From contig OZ024741.1 of NCBI GenBank assembly GCA_964016885.1, forward strand, positions 99,014,001 through 99,078,000: a stretch of DNA of 64,000 nt, written 5' to 3'. The position numbers and the translations under genes were made by a program. Source of the DNA: Eledone cirrhosa (taxonomy: Eukaryota). Below are positions 40,252-54,666 of this stretch, in pieces; positions within the stretch are counted from its first letter, which is position 1; each line of letters opens with the position of its first letter. The notes under the pieces were generated by a model. It had not been told where the DNA came from, did no database searches, and worked only from the letters and a program-made list of their open reading frames with translations.

Positions 40252-42772
40252 AATATAATTTTTTTTTTTCGTGTGAGGCTTTGTAGTTTGTAGTTGATTA
40301 TGAAATATCTTTTACACCTCCTACGTTCGTGATAATTTTTAACGTTGTTTCACTGATATTTTAATCATTCTTTTAATAACCTATTCCTATTTAACTTTAT
40401 AGTGTTACCTATAAGGATTACAGTTCCAATGACCTGAAATATGAAACACATTAGAAGAGGTCATAGAAATCTTAAGTATAATGTAATAATTGTTTCTACG
40501 TTAGGCACAAGGCCAGCAAATACCCAGTTTATTACTGCTACTTTATTTTATCGACCACGTAAGGATGAAAGGCAAAGTTAACCTCGACGGGATTTGAACT
40601 CAGAATGGCAAGGGCCGTTGAAATAATAAAGATGTATCACATCTAGGCGGACAAGCTTGAATTGAGTAAATAAGGAAAGAAAGAAGAAGAACCGGAAGGG
40701 TAGGGGATGACAATAGCTCTGGTGTTGGAGAAGAGAGGGGGTGGTGGGTGAGGGTGATTGAGCTTTGGGCCTAGGTCAACAGGACAGAAGTGCTGCGCTC
40801 CGCTGACAAGACGACAAAAGTATTCCCCCTGACGATGGTCAATGACACCCGCTGCAACAACCAGCCGATCACGCGGGGCTCCCTCCTGTGACGAGCCGCC
40901 GACGCTACGATCTTGCGGAGGAGCTCGGCAGTATGGGGTACAAGTACGTCTGATGTCTCAATGGTGACCGGTGCCTAGAGGAAGCGGCCGGAAAAACCCG
41001 GTATATTATTATTTAGCGTTCTTCTGCGAAGCAGGCTGCAATGCCGGGGTTTGTGGCCGAAGCGACTAAGTTGGAGGCGGAGAACGTGAAGCAGGCGGTG
41101 GCGTCCCAGATGAAGAATCTACCTCCTTCGAATGGGAAGAGGGGTGATTCCGTCAGGGCGCTTGCCATCTCCACCGTCGAGGCCTGCTGGTTCCAGTTGA
41201 GATGGAAAGCCAGCTGCGTCCAGGCTTTTTCTCAATATGTCGTTGAGAGCGGCGTGTTTAGGGAACCGGCGTGCTCTGGCGACAAGAGAGAGGGTGCAGG
41301 CTCAATTTGTCAACAACCGCTCCGCAGAGGCATTTATGTGGCTCACACACGTGCAACTATTTGATAATAATACATATAATAATCTGTTAGACACGCGGTG
41401 ACTAACAATAGAATGTTTTAAGTCTGCGTGTCTGATGTGTTGTGATGACATACATGCGTAGCTTGTGAATGAAAATGTCAAGGGGTATCGCTGGCCGTGG
41501 TAATGCATCCCAAACATCTTTTGTAATGTATCGTCTTATTGGCTAATTTCATCGTCTTATTGGCTAATCAACCAACGAGAGTAACTGTTTCTCAAAAGCA
41601 TCCGCCACTTTGTTTCCACGTTTATTTATCGTTTTGCTTTCGAATCTTCCTCCAGTATTTCGTCGTTTTATCATCAAAACATTTTCTCGTTTGGGAAAGT
41701 TATATTGTTCATTTATATATGATTTTTTAATTTTATATTAACTATTAAAAGTCTGAAAATATGTTTATACATCTTACAATAATATTTATAAGATCATTTA
41801 TAAAATAACATTTATATAATCTAATTACATTACAACGATAATTTATTATTAATATATATCATGTTTAACTAGATTTATTACAAGTGTTGCTTAAAAAAAT
41901 ATTAAACTAGACCTGAAAAATGCGCAAGATCAAAAGAGCCACAGAATGTTATAATAAACCTTCAAAAGTGTGGGACTAGAGTTGTTGCTCAAAAATATTG
42001 TAATCATTATCTATCGTACACTCTATGGCATCCTTTTATAAAAAAAAGAGACTCATAACGAACTCAAGACGGCACGATAATTATTTAAGTGAATTTATAA
42101 TATAGAATTCGGTTTAAGTACATATCGTATTAATCATTACTAAACATCTTTTTTATAAAAGGATGCCACAGAGTGTACGATAGATAATGATTACAATATT
42201 TTTGAGCAACAACTCTAGTCCCACACTTTTGAAGGTTTATTATAACATTCTGTGGCTCTTTTGAGCTTGCGTATTTTTCAGGTCTAGTCATATATGTAAC
42301 CTCATTGTGTTAATTGTAAAGTATGACCTATTCACAGTTATCTTAATATTGTATTGTAAAATATGATCGTTGTACGTATTCATTTCAATGTGTTTACAGT
42401 TTGTCATGAATCGCTTTCATACACCCGGAAGCTGAGATATAAAAGATACTTTCCTATATATTTTGTAAATAAACTATTCTTGTTAAAGACTTATTTACAC
42501 ATAATTGAAGATTGTCTGCATAGTATTGTGTATGTCTTTATTATTTCATTATACTTAAGATTTCTATTACCCGTTCTAATGTGTGTGATATTTCAGGTCA
42601 TTGGTACTGTAATCCTTATTGTAACACTATAAAGATAAATAAGAATAGGTTATTAATAGAATGGTTAAAAGATCTTTGAAACAACCTTAAAGAATAAAAT
42701 CATGGGATATATAAATCATATTTCATAAACGAATACAAACCACAAAAACTCTCATGGGAAAAAAATTATATT

Positions 42773-42864
42773 CGCCCGCAGAGGGACTTGAACCCGCGAC
42801 CCTCAGATACCTTAACAGTATAGGTTATAAAAGTCTGATGCTCTACCGACTGAGCTATGCAGGC
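42773..42864 (-). tRNA. tRNA-Lys(TTT) with 19-nt intron (U4-G69 wobble)
   Basis: Otherwise consensus; intron taacctatactgttaaggt. Confidence 0.88.
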
Positions 42865-44909
42865 GGACAATATTCTAGCTGTCACTTAGATTCTTTATTT
42901 TTAGATAACACAGGATAGATTAGTCAGGCGTAGTTAACAATAAGACTTCATATTTTCAGATATGATGGGATATATCAATGACATATTTCATGTTACGGAT
43001 ATATAATATTTTATATTTTGACTTCTTATCCATAGATAGAACACATCATTGTGTTTACTTACTACTGATATTGCTGATATTTGCGAGGTTTCATTTCAGT
43101 TCCGTCCGTGTAATTCTCGCAAGTGATGTGTAGTGTATGTTCTATTTGGTGAATTTAAATTTCTCGCCTGAGTGAATATTCTTGTGATAATAATATAGTA
43201 ATATGATGACATTTTGCGGTAGTTATTCTGCTGTCTTAATTGTTTTATACCTTAATTTATTAAAATATAGTTTAAGGATAGATATGTAGCAGTTGCCTCT
43301 CTTGTTGTGACTCACAACCCCAATAGATTAACAACATCTAGACGGGAAGTAGAACCCTTTCTGTAACTTCCGGTCAGAACCCTATAAAACTAACAACTTT
43401 AAGTTCTCACCCTCTCATTTGCCCTTCCGGCGCCTGGCCTTCGCCAGGCGTCTTCTGCCAGCCTGCGTTTGCCTGGCAATCAAAACGGTAACTACTAACT
43501 TTGCCTAATTCTTTCGTTTATTCATTGACATGTCAACTATACTGTTAAATTGTTGATTAAATATTATACACACAAACCATGTCTCTTTGCTACATTCATA
43601 CACACGAGTTCTCCGCTATAGATTTTTTTGACGATTGTGTTTCAAAAAATGTTATAATAAATTATATTACTCACGGCTCTTAGTCACTTGTTAAGAATAA
43701 ATCTCTCATCCTGTTCCTCTTAAAGCATTGAACATACTCTACACGAGTAGATTAGTGACAACTTCAGAAGCACAAGGATTAGATCTCGTAACAGTAAACT
43801 AAAATTAAGTAAATAGTGAAATGATCAGTAAATTAACATGCGAAATACGTATTTTATAAATACTTTCACGAATAAAAGAATTACTTCGACAAAAGAGGTC
43901 CTTGAACTCGTGACACATAGAAAGTTCCACAGATTTAACTGTTCAGGTTTGATGGTCAACTGATGAAAGCTACTGACAAAGGTTTCACTACAGCGATAGC
44001 TTTTGTTCTCAATAGTTCACCACCTAAGGAAAGGCAACTGTTTTGTAAATATAGAATACAGTATTGGTTGTGCTTATTTTCAGACTCGATGTGATATATG
44101 TTACGTATTTTGCACTACGGAGTTTTAATTTTTATAGGATTTCTCTTACCCAGACTAACTCCATAGATAGGATACATCAACAAGTATACTTACAATTTGG
44201 AAGACTAACCTAGTCGAGGTTAACTTTGAGATTAGTCGGTGTACTTCTCACTAACAATGATTAATGGATTTGGGAATATTGTAATTGTTTGCCTTAGGGA
44301 ATAATATTGTTGTGATAATAATAAGTTATATAGTGAGATATAACTTATATTATTATCACTCGCATAATCAAATCCAAAATCGGATATATAAGAGACAATA
44401 TTATAAATATTGTACATGAATATATTATTGTCGGAGCCATATTTATACACAGTGCAAGTTTGACAAATAGTATTGTGTATGCATTTATCATTTAATTGTG
44501 TTTAAAATTTTGATTATGTCTTCTAATCTGTTTCATATTTCAAGTCATTGAAAGTGTAACACGTGTACATGTTTCATTTTGTTCTTCTTATCGTGTCCAC
44601 AAGAGTGTCAGTTACAGAGCTTGGTTAGATGTGATTTCCAAGTAGAACATACACTACACATCGCTTGTGAGAATTACACGGACGAAACTCCAATGGAACC
44701 TCGCAAAGATCAGCTATATGAGTAGTAAGTAAACACAACTATGGATAAGAAGTCAACATATAAAATATTTCATATACGTAATTCGAAATATGTGACTGAT
44801 ATATCCCATCATATCTGAAAATATGAAGTCTTATTGTTAACTTCGCCTGACTAGTCTATCCTGTGTTATCTTAAAATAAAGAGTCTAAGTGACAGCTAGA
44901 ATTCTATCC

Positions 44910-45001
44910 GCCTGCATAGCTCAGTCGATAGAGCATCAGACTTTTATAGCATATATTATGAAGGTATCTGAGGGTCGCGGGTTCAATTCCCTCTGAGGGC
45001 G
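44910..45001 (+). pseudogene. Intron-containing tRNA-Lys(TTT), probably a pseudogene
   Basis: Identical to 40160-40251. Confidence 0.78.
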
Positions 45002-47522
45002 AATATAATTTTTTTTTTTCGTGTGAGGCTTTGTAGTTTGTAGTTGATTATGAAATATCTTTTACACCTCCTACGTTCGTGATAATTTTTAACGTTGTTT
45101 CACTGATATTTTAATCATTCTTTTAATAACCTATTCCTATTTAACTTTATAGTGTTACCTATAAGGATTACAGTTCCAATGACCTGAAATATGAAACACA
45201 TTAGAAGAGGTCATAGAAATCTTAAGTATAATGTAATAATTGTTTCTACGTTAGGCACAAGGCCAGCAAATACCCAGTTTATTACTGCTACTTTATTTTA
45301 TCGACCACGTAAGGATGAAAGGCAAAGTTAACCTCGACGGGATTTGAACTCAGAATGGCAAGGGCCGTTGAAATAATAAAGATGTATCACATCTAGGCGG
45401 ACAAGCTTGAATTGAGTAAATAAGGAAAGAAAGAAGAAGAACCGGAAGGGTAGGGGATGACAATAGCTCTGGTGTTGGAGAAGAGAGGGGGTGGTGGGTG
45501 AGGGTGATTGAGCTTTGGGCCTAGGTCAACAGGACAGAAGTGCTGCGCTCCGCTGACAAGACGACAAAAGTATTCCCCCTGACGATGGTCAATGACACCC
45601 GCTGCAACAACCAGCCGATCACGCGGGGCTCCCTCCTGTGACGAGCCGCCGACGCTACGATCTTGCGGAGGAGCTCGGCAGTATGGGGTACAAGTACGTC
45701 TGATGTCTCAATGGTGACCGGTGCCTAGAGGAAGCGGCCGGAAAAACCCGGTATATTATTATTTAGCGTTCTTCTGCGAAGCAGGCTGCAATGCCGGGGT
45801 TTGTGGCCGAAGCGACTAAGTTGGAGGCGGAGAACGTGAAGCAGGCGGTGGCGTCCCAGATGAAGAATCTACCTCCTTCGAATGGGAAGAGGGGTGATTC
45901 CGTCAGGGCGCTTGCCATCTCCACCGTCGAGGCCTGCTGGTTCCAGTTGAGATGGAAAGCCAGCTGCGTCCAGGCTTTTTCTCAATATGTCGTTGAGAGC
46001 GGCGTGTTTAGGGAACCGGCGTGCTCTGGCGACAAGAGAGAGGGTGCAGGCTCAATTTGTCAACAACCGCTCCGCAGAGGCATTTATGTGGCTCACACAC
46101 GTGCAACTATTTGATAATAATACATATAATAATCTGTTAGACACGCGGTGACTAACAATAGAATGTTTTAAGTCTGCGTGTCTGATGTGTTGTGATGACA
46201 TACATGCGTAGCTTGTGAATGAAAATGTCAAGGGGTATCGCTGGCCGTGGTAATGCATCCCAAACATCTTTTGTAATGTATCGTCTTATTGGCTAATTTC
46301 ATCGTCTTATTGGCTAATCAACCAACGAGAGTAACTGTTTCTCAAAAGCATCCGCCACTTTGTTTCCACGTTTATTTATCGTTTTGCTTTCGAATCTTCC
46401 TCCAGTATTTCGTCGTTTTATCATCAAAACATTTTCTCGTTTGGGAAAGTTATATTGTTCATTTATATATGATTTTTTAATTTTATATTAACTATTAAAA
46501 GTCTGAAAATATGTTTATACATCTTACAATAATATTTATAAGATCATTTATAAAATAACATTTATATAATCTAATTACATTACAACGATAATTTATTATT
46601 AATATATATCATGTTTAACTAGATTTATTACAAGTGTTGCTTAAAAAAATATTAAACTAGACCTGAAAAATGCGCAAGATCAAAAGAGCCACAGAATGTT
46701 ATAATAAACCTTCAAAAGTGTGGGACTAGAGTTGTTGCTCAAAAATATTGTAATCATTATCTATCGTACACTCTATGGCATCCTTTTATAAAAAAAAGAG
46801 ACTCATAACGAACTCAAGACGGCACGATAATTATTTAAGTGAATTTATAATATAGAATTCGGTTTAAGTACATATCGTATTAATCATTACTAAACATCTT
46901 TTTTATAAAAGGATGCCACAGAGTGTACGATAGATAATGATTACAATATTTTTGAGCAACAACTCTAGTCCCACACTTTTGAAGGTTTATTATAACATTC
47001 TGTGGCTCTTTTGAGCTTGCGTATTTTTCAGGTCTAGTCATATATGTAACCTCATTGTGTTAATTGTAAAGTATGACCTATTCACAGTTATCTTAATATT
47101 GTATTGTAAAATATGATCGTTGTACGTATTCATTTCAATGTGTTTACAGTTTGTCATGAATCGCTTTCATACACCCGGAAGCTGAGATATAAAAGATACT
47201 TTCCTATATATTTTGTAAATAAACTATTCTTGTTAAAGACTTATTTACACATAATTGAAGATTGTCTGCATAGTATTGTGTATGTCTTTATTATTTCATT
47301 ATACTTAAGATTTCTATTACCCGTTCTAATGTGTGTGATATTTCAGGTCATTGGTACTGTAATCCTTATTGTAACACTATAAAGATAAATAAGAATAGGT
47401 TATTAATAGAATGGTTAAAAGATCTTTGAAACAACCTTAAAGAATAAAATCATGGGATATATAAATCATATTTCATAAACGAATACAAACCACAAAAACT
47501 CTCATGGGAAAAAAATTATATT

Positions 47523-47614
47523 CGCCCGCAGAGGGACTTGAACCCGCGACCCTCAGATACCTTAACAGTATAGGTTATAAAAGTCTGATGCTCTACCGAC
47601 TGAGCTATGCAGGC
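47523..47614 (-). tRNA. tRNA-Lys(TTT) with 19-nt intron (U4-G69 wobble)
   Basis: Identical to 42773-42864. Confidence 0.88.
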
Positions 47615-49195
47615 GGACAATATTCTAGCTGTCACTTAGATTCTTTATTTTTAGATAACACAGGATAGATTAGTCAGGCGTAGTTAACAATAAGACTTCA
47701 TATTTTCAGATATGATAGGATATATCAGTGACATATTTCATGTTACGGATATATAATATTTTAATTTTGACTTCTTATCCATAGATAGAACACATCATTG
47801 TGTTTACTTACTACTGATATTGCTGATATTTGCCAGGTTTCATTTCAGTTCCGTCCGTGTAATTCTCGCAAGTGATGTGTAGTGTATGTTCTATTTGGTG
47901 AAATTTAAATTTCTCGCCTGAGTGAATATTCTTGTGATAATAATATAGTAATATGATGACATTTTGCGGTAGTTATTCTGCTGTCTTAATTGTTTTATAC
48001 CTTAATTTATTAAAATATAGTTTAGGATAAATATTTTTTGACGATTGTGTTTCAAAAAATGTTATAATAAATTATATTACTCACGGCTCTTAGACACTTG
48101 TTAAGAACAAATCTCTGATCCTGTTCCTCTTAAACCATGTAGTTGACTATTGAACATACTCTACACTAGTAGATTAGTGACAACTTTAGAAGCACAAGGA
48201 TTAGATCTCGTAACAGTAATCAAAAATTAAGTAAATAGTGAAATGATCAGTAAATTAACATGCGAAATACGTATTTTATAAATACTTTCACGAATAAAAG
48301 AATTACTTCGACAAAAGAGGTCCTTGAACTCGTGACACAGAAAGTTTCACAGATTTAACATATTTTCAGACTCGATGGCATATATGTTACGTATTTTGCA
48401 CTACAGAGTTTTAATTTTTATATGATTTCTCTTACCCAGACTAACTCCATAGATAGGATACATCAACATGTATACTTACTATTTGGAAGACTAACCTAGT
48501 CGAGGTTAACTTTGAGATTAGTCGGTGTACTTCTCACTAACAATGATTAATGGATTTGGGAATATTGTATTTGTTTGCCTTAGGGAATAATATTGTTGTG
48601 ATAATAATAAGTTATATAGTGAGATATAACTTATATTATTATCACTCGCATAACCAAATCCAAAATCGGATATATAAGAGACAATATTATAAATATTGTA
48701 CATGAATATATTATTGTCGGAGCCATATTTATACACAGTGCAAGTTTGACAAATAGTATTGTGTATGCATTTATCATTTAATTGTGTTTAAAATTTTGAT
48801 TATGTCTTCTAATCTGTTTCATATTTCAAGTCATTGAAAGTGTAACACTTGTACATGTTTCATTTTGTTCTTCTTATCGTGTCCACAAGAGTGTCAGTTA
48901 CAGAGCTTGGTTAGACGTGATTTCCAAGTAGAACATACACTACACATCGCTTGTGAGAATTACACGGACGAAACTCCAATGGAACCTCGCAAAGATCAGC
49001 TATATGAGTAGTAAGTAAACACAACTATGGATAAGAAGTCAACATATAAAATATTTGATATCCGTAATTCGAAATATGTGACTGATATATCCCATCATAT
49101 CTGAAAATATGAAGTCTTATTGTTAACTTCGCCTGACTAGTCTATCCTGTGTTATCTTAAAATAAAGAGTCTAAGTGACAGCTAGAATTCTATCC

Positions 49196-49287
49196 GCCTG
49201 CATAGCTCAGTCGGTAGAGCATCAGACTTTTATAGCATATATTATGAAGGTATCTGAGGGTCGCGGGTTCAAGTCCCTCTGTGGGCG
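49196..49287 (+). tRNA. tRNA-Lys(TTT) with 19-nt intron (two G-U pairs in the acceptor stem)
   Basis: A and B boxes and anticodon arm intact; oligo-T terminator. Confidence 0.82.
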
Positions 49288-51798
49288 AATATAATTTTTT
49301 TTTTTCGTGTGAGGCTTTGTAGTTTGTAGTTGTTTATGAAATATCTTTTTCACCTCCTACGTTCGTGATAATTTTTAACGTTGTTTCACTGATATTTTAA
49401 TCATTCTGTTAATAACCTATTCCTATTTAACTTTATAGTGTTACCTATAAGGATTACAGTTCCAATGACCTGAAATATGAAACACATTAGAAGAGGTCAT
49501 AGAAATCTTAAGTACAATGTAATAATTGTTTCTACGTTAGGCACAAGGCCAGCAAATACCCAGTGTATTACTGGTACTTTATTTTATCGACCCCGTAAGG
49601 ATGAAAGGCAAAGTTAACCTCGACGGGATTTGAACTCAGAATGGCAAGGGCCGTTGAAATAATAAAGATGTATCACATCTAGGCGGACAAGCTTGAATTG
49701 TGTAAATAAGGAAAGAAAGAAGAAGAACCGGAAGGGTAGGGGATGACAATAGCTCTTGTGTTGGAGAAGAGAGGGGGTGGAGGGTGAGGGTGATTGATCT
49801 TTGGGCCTAGGTCAACAGGACAGAAGTGCTGCGCTCCGCTGACAAGACGGCAAAAGTATTCCCCCTGACGATGGTCAATGACAGCCGCTGCAACAACCAG
49901 CCGATCACGCGGGGCTCCCTCCTGTGACGAGCCGCTGACGCTACGATCTTGCGGAGGAGCTCGGCAGTATGGGGTACAAGTACGTCTGATGTCTCAATGG
50001 TGACCGGTGCCTAGAGGAAGCGGCCGGAAAAACCCGGTATATGATTATTTTGGGTTCTTCTGCGAAGCAGGCTGCAATGCCGGGGTTTGTGGCCGAAGCG
50101 ACTAAGTTGGAGGCGGAGAACGTGAAGCAGGCGGTGGCGTCCCAGATGAAGAATATACCTCCTTCGAATGGGAAGAGGGGTGATTCCGTCAGGGCGCTTG
50201 CCATCTCCACCGTCGAGGCCTGCTGGTTCCAGTTGAGATGGAAAGCCAGCTGCGTCCAGGCTTTTTCTCAATATGTCGTTGAGAGCGGCGTGTTTAGGGA
50301 ACCGGCGTGCTCTGGCGACAAGAGAGAGGGTGCAGGCTCAATTTGTCAACAACCGCTCCGCAGAGGCATTTATGTGGCTCACACACGTGCAACTATTTGA
50401 TAATAATACATATAATAATCTGTTAGACACGCAGTGACTAACAATAGAATGTTTTAAGTCTGCGTGTCTGATGTGTTGTGATGACATACATGCGTAGCTT
50501 GTGAATGAAAATGTCAAGGGGTATCGCTGGCCGTGGTGATGCCTCCCAAACATCTTTTGTAATGTATCGTCTTATTGGCTAATTTCATCGTCTTATTGGC
50601 TAATCAACCAACGAGAGTAACTGTTGCTCAAAAGCATCCGCCACTTTGTTTCCACGTTTATTTATCGTTTCGCTTTCGAATCTTCCTCCAGTATTTCGTC
50701 GTTTTATCATCAAAACATTTTCTCGTTTGGGAAAGTTATATTGTTAATTTATATAGGATTTTTTAATTTTATGTTAACTATTAAAAGTCTGAAAATATGT
50801 TTATACATCTTACAATAATATTTATAAGATCATTTATAAAATAACATTTATATAATCTAATTACATTACAACGATAATTTATTATTAATATTTAACTAGA
50901 GTTATTACAAGTGTTGCTTAAAAAAATATTAAACTAGACCTGAAAAATGCGCAAGATCAAAAGAGCCACAGAATGTTATAATAAACCTTCAAAAGTGTGG
51001 GACTAGAGTTGTTGCTCAAAAATATTGTAATCATTATCTATCGTACACTCTATGGCATCATTTTATAAAAAAAGAGACTCATAACGAACTCAAGACGGCA
51101 CGATAATTATTTAAGTGAATGTATAATATAGAATTCGGTTTAAGTACATATCGTATTAATCATTACTAAACATCTTTTTTATAAAAGGATGCCACAGAGT
51201 GTACGATAGATAATGATTACAATATTTTTTAGTAACAACTCTAGTCCCACACTTTTGAAGGTTTATTATAACATTCTGTGGCTCTTTTGAGCCTGCGCAT
51301 TTTTCAGGTCTAGTCATATATGTAACCTCATTGTGTTAATTGTAAAGTATGACCTATTCACAGTTATCTTAATATTGTATTGTAAAATATGATCGTTGTA
51401 CGCATTCATTTCAATGCGTTTACAGTTTGTCATGAATCGCTTTCATACACCCGGAAGCTGAGATATAAAAAATACTTTCCTATATATTTTGTAAATAAAA
51501 TATTCTTGTTAAAGACTTATTTACACATAATTGAAGATTGTCTGCCTAGTATTGTGTATGTCTTTATTATTTCATTATACTTAAGATTTCTATTACCCGT
51601 TCTAATGTGTGTGATATTTCAGGTCATTGGTACTGTAATCCTTATTGTAACACTATAAAGATAAATAAGAATAGGTTATTAATAGAATGGTTAAAAGATC
51701 TTTAAAACAATCTTAAAGAATAAAATCATGGGATATATAAATCATATTTCATAAACGAATACAAACCACAAAAACTCTCATGGGAAAAAAATTATATT

Positions 51799-51890
51799 CG
51801 CCCGCAGAGGGACTTGAACCCGCGACCCTCAGATACCTTAACAGTATAGGTTATAAAAGTCTGATGCTCTACCGACTGAGCTATGCGGGC
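51799..51890 (-). tRNA. tRNA-Lys(TTT) with 19-nt intron, intact
   Basis: Consensus exons; intron taacctatactgttaaggt. Confidence 0.93.
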
Positions 51891-52899
51891 GGACAATATT
51901 CTAGCTGTCACTTAGACTCTTTATTTTTAAATAACACAGGATAGATAACAATAAGACTTCATATTTTCAGATATGATGGGATATATCAGTGACATATTTC
52001 ATGTTACGGATATATAATATTTTAATTTTACCTCCTTACCCATAGATAGAACACATCATTGTGTTTACTTACTACTGATATTGCTGATATTTGCCAGGTT
52101 TCATTTCAGTTCCGTCCGTGTAATTCTCGCAAGTGATGTGTAGTGTATGTTCTATTTGGTGAAATTTAAATTTCTCGCCTGAGTGAATATTCTTGTGATA
52201 ATAATATAGTAATATGATGACATTTTGCGGTAGTTATTCTGCTGTCTTAATTGTTTTATACCTTAATTTATTAAAATATAGTTTAAGGATAGATATGTAG
52301 CAGTTGCCTCTCTTGTTGTGACTCACAACCCCAATAGATTAACAACATCTAGACGGGAAGTAGAACCCCTTCTGTAACTTCCGGTCAGAACCCTATAAAA
52401 CTAACAACTTTAAGTTCTCACCCTCTCATTTGCCCTTCCGGCGCCTGGCCTTCGCCAGGCGTCTTCTGCCAGCCTGCGTTTGCCTGGCAATCAAAACGGT
52501 AACTACTAACTTTGCTTCATTCTTTCGTTTATTCATTGACATGTCAACTATACTGTTAAATTGTTGATTAAATATTATACACACAAACCATGTCTCTTTG
52601 TTACATTCATACACACGAGTTCTCCGCTATAGATATTTTTTGACGATTGTGTTTCAAAAAATGTTATAATAAATTATATTACTCACGGCTCTTAGTCACT
52701 TGTTAAGAATAAAATCTCTCATCCTGTTCCTCTTAAAGCATTGAACATACTCTACACGAGTAGATTAGTGACAACTTCAGAAGCACAAGGATTAGATCTC
52801 GTAACAGTAAACTAAAATTAAGTAAATAGTGAAATGATCAGTAAATTAACATGCGAAATACGTATTTTATAAATACTTTCACGAATAAAAGAATTACTT

Positions 52900-52991
52900 C
52901 GACAAAAGAGGTCCTTGAACTCGTGACCCTCAGATACCTTAACAGTATAGGTTATAAAAGTCTGATGCTCTACCGACTGAGCTATGCGGGC
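52900..52991 (-). pseudogene. Chimeric tRNA-Lys: intact 5' exon and intron joined to a relic T-arm/acceptor
   Basis: The sequence switches within gtc from the consensus gene to the 39137-type relic. Confidence 0.85.
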
Positions 52992-54574
52992 GGACAATAT
53001 TCTAGCTGTCACTTAGATTCTTTATTTTTAGATAACACAGGATAGATTAGTCAGGCGTAGTTAACAATAAGACTTCATATTTTCAGATATGATAGGATAT
53101 ATCAGTGACATATTTCATGTTACGGATATATAATATTTTAATTTTGACTTCTTATCCATAGATAGAACACATCATTGTGTTTACTTACTACTGATATTGC
53201 TGATATTTGCGAGGTTTCATTTCAGTTCCGTCCGTGTAATTCTCGCAAGTGATGTGTAGTGTATGTTCTATTTGGTGAAATTTAAATTTTTCGCCTGAGT
53301 GAATATTGGTGTGATAATAATATAATAATATGATGACATTTTGCGGTAGTTATTCTGCTGTCTTAATTGTTTTATACCTTAATTTATTAAAATATAGTTT
53401 AGGATAAATATTTTTTGACGATTGTGTTTCAAAAAATGTTATAATAAATTATATTACTCACGGCTCTTAGACACTTGTTAAGAACAAATCTCTGATCCTG
53501 TTCCTCTTAAACCATGTAGTTGACTATTGAACATACTCTACACTAGTAGATTAGTGACAACTTTAGAAGCACAAGGATTAGATCTCGTAACAGTAATCAA
53601 AAATTAAGTAAATAGTGAAATGATCAGTAAATTAACATGCGAAATACGTATTTTATAAATACTTTCACGAATAAAAGAATTACTTCGACAAAAGAGGTCC
53701 TTGAACTCGTGACACATAGAAAGTTTCACAGATTTAACATATTTTCAGACTCGATGGCATATATGTTACGTATTTTGCACTACGGAGTTTTAATTTTTAT
53801 ATGATTTCTCTTACCCAGACTAACTCCATAGATAGGATACATCAACATGTATACTTACTATTTGGAAGACCAACCTAGTCGAGGTTAACTTTGAGATTAG
53901 TCGGTGTACTTCTCACTAGCAATGATTAATGGATTTGGGAATATTGTAATTGTTTGCCTTAGGGAATAATATTGTTGTGATAATAATAAGTTATATAGTG
54001 AGATATAACTTATATTATTATCACTCGCATAATCAAATCCAAAATCAGATATATAAGAGACAATATTATAAATATTGTACATGAATATATTATTGTCGGA
54101 GCCATATTTATACACAGTGCAAGTTTGACAAATAGTATTGTGTATGCATTTATCATTTAATTGTGTTTAAAATTTTGATTATGTCTTCTAATCTGTTTCA
54201 TATTTCAAGTCATTGAATGTGTAACACTTGTACATGTTTCATTTTGTTCTTCTTATCGTGTCCACAAGAGTGTCAGTTACAGAGCTTGGTTAGATGTGAT
54301 TTCCAAGTAGAACATACACTACACATCGCTTGTGAGAATTACACGGACGAAACTCCAATGGAACCTCGCAAAGATCAGCTATATGAGTAGTAAGTAAACA
54401 CAACTATGGATAAGAAGTCAACATATAAAATATTTGATATCCGTAATTCGAAATATGTGACTGATATATCCCATCATATCTGAAAATATGAAGTCTTATT
54501 GTTAACTTCGCCTGACTAGTCTATCCTGTGTTATCTTAAAATAAAGAGTCTAAGTGACAGCTAGAATTCTATCC

Positions 54575-54666
54575 GCCTGCATAGCTCAGTCGGTAGAGCA
54601 TCAGACTTTTATAGCATATATTATGAAGGTATCTGAGGGTCGCGGGTTCAAGTCCCTCTGTGGGCG
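54575..54666 (+). tRNA. tRNA-Lys(TTT) with 19-nt intron (two G-U pairs in the acceptor stem)
   Basis: Identical to 49196-49287. Confidence 0.82.

Noticed and set aside
9869-53045. MLYRLSYAGG and SARIAQSVEHQTF ORFs
   Set aside because: They are translations of the tRNA genes.
37613-54115. Recurrent ORFs MIVVRIHF..., MYKYGSDNN... and MANFIVLL... as a gene family
   Set aside because: They recur only because of recent tandem duplication. They are short, AT-rich and have no recognisable motif.
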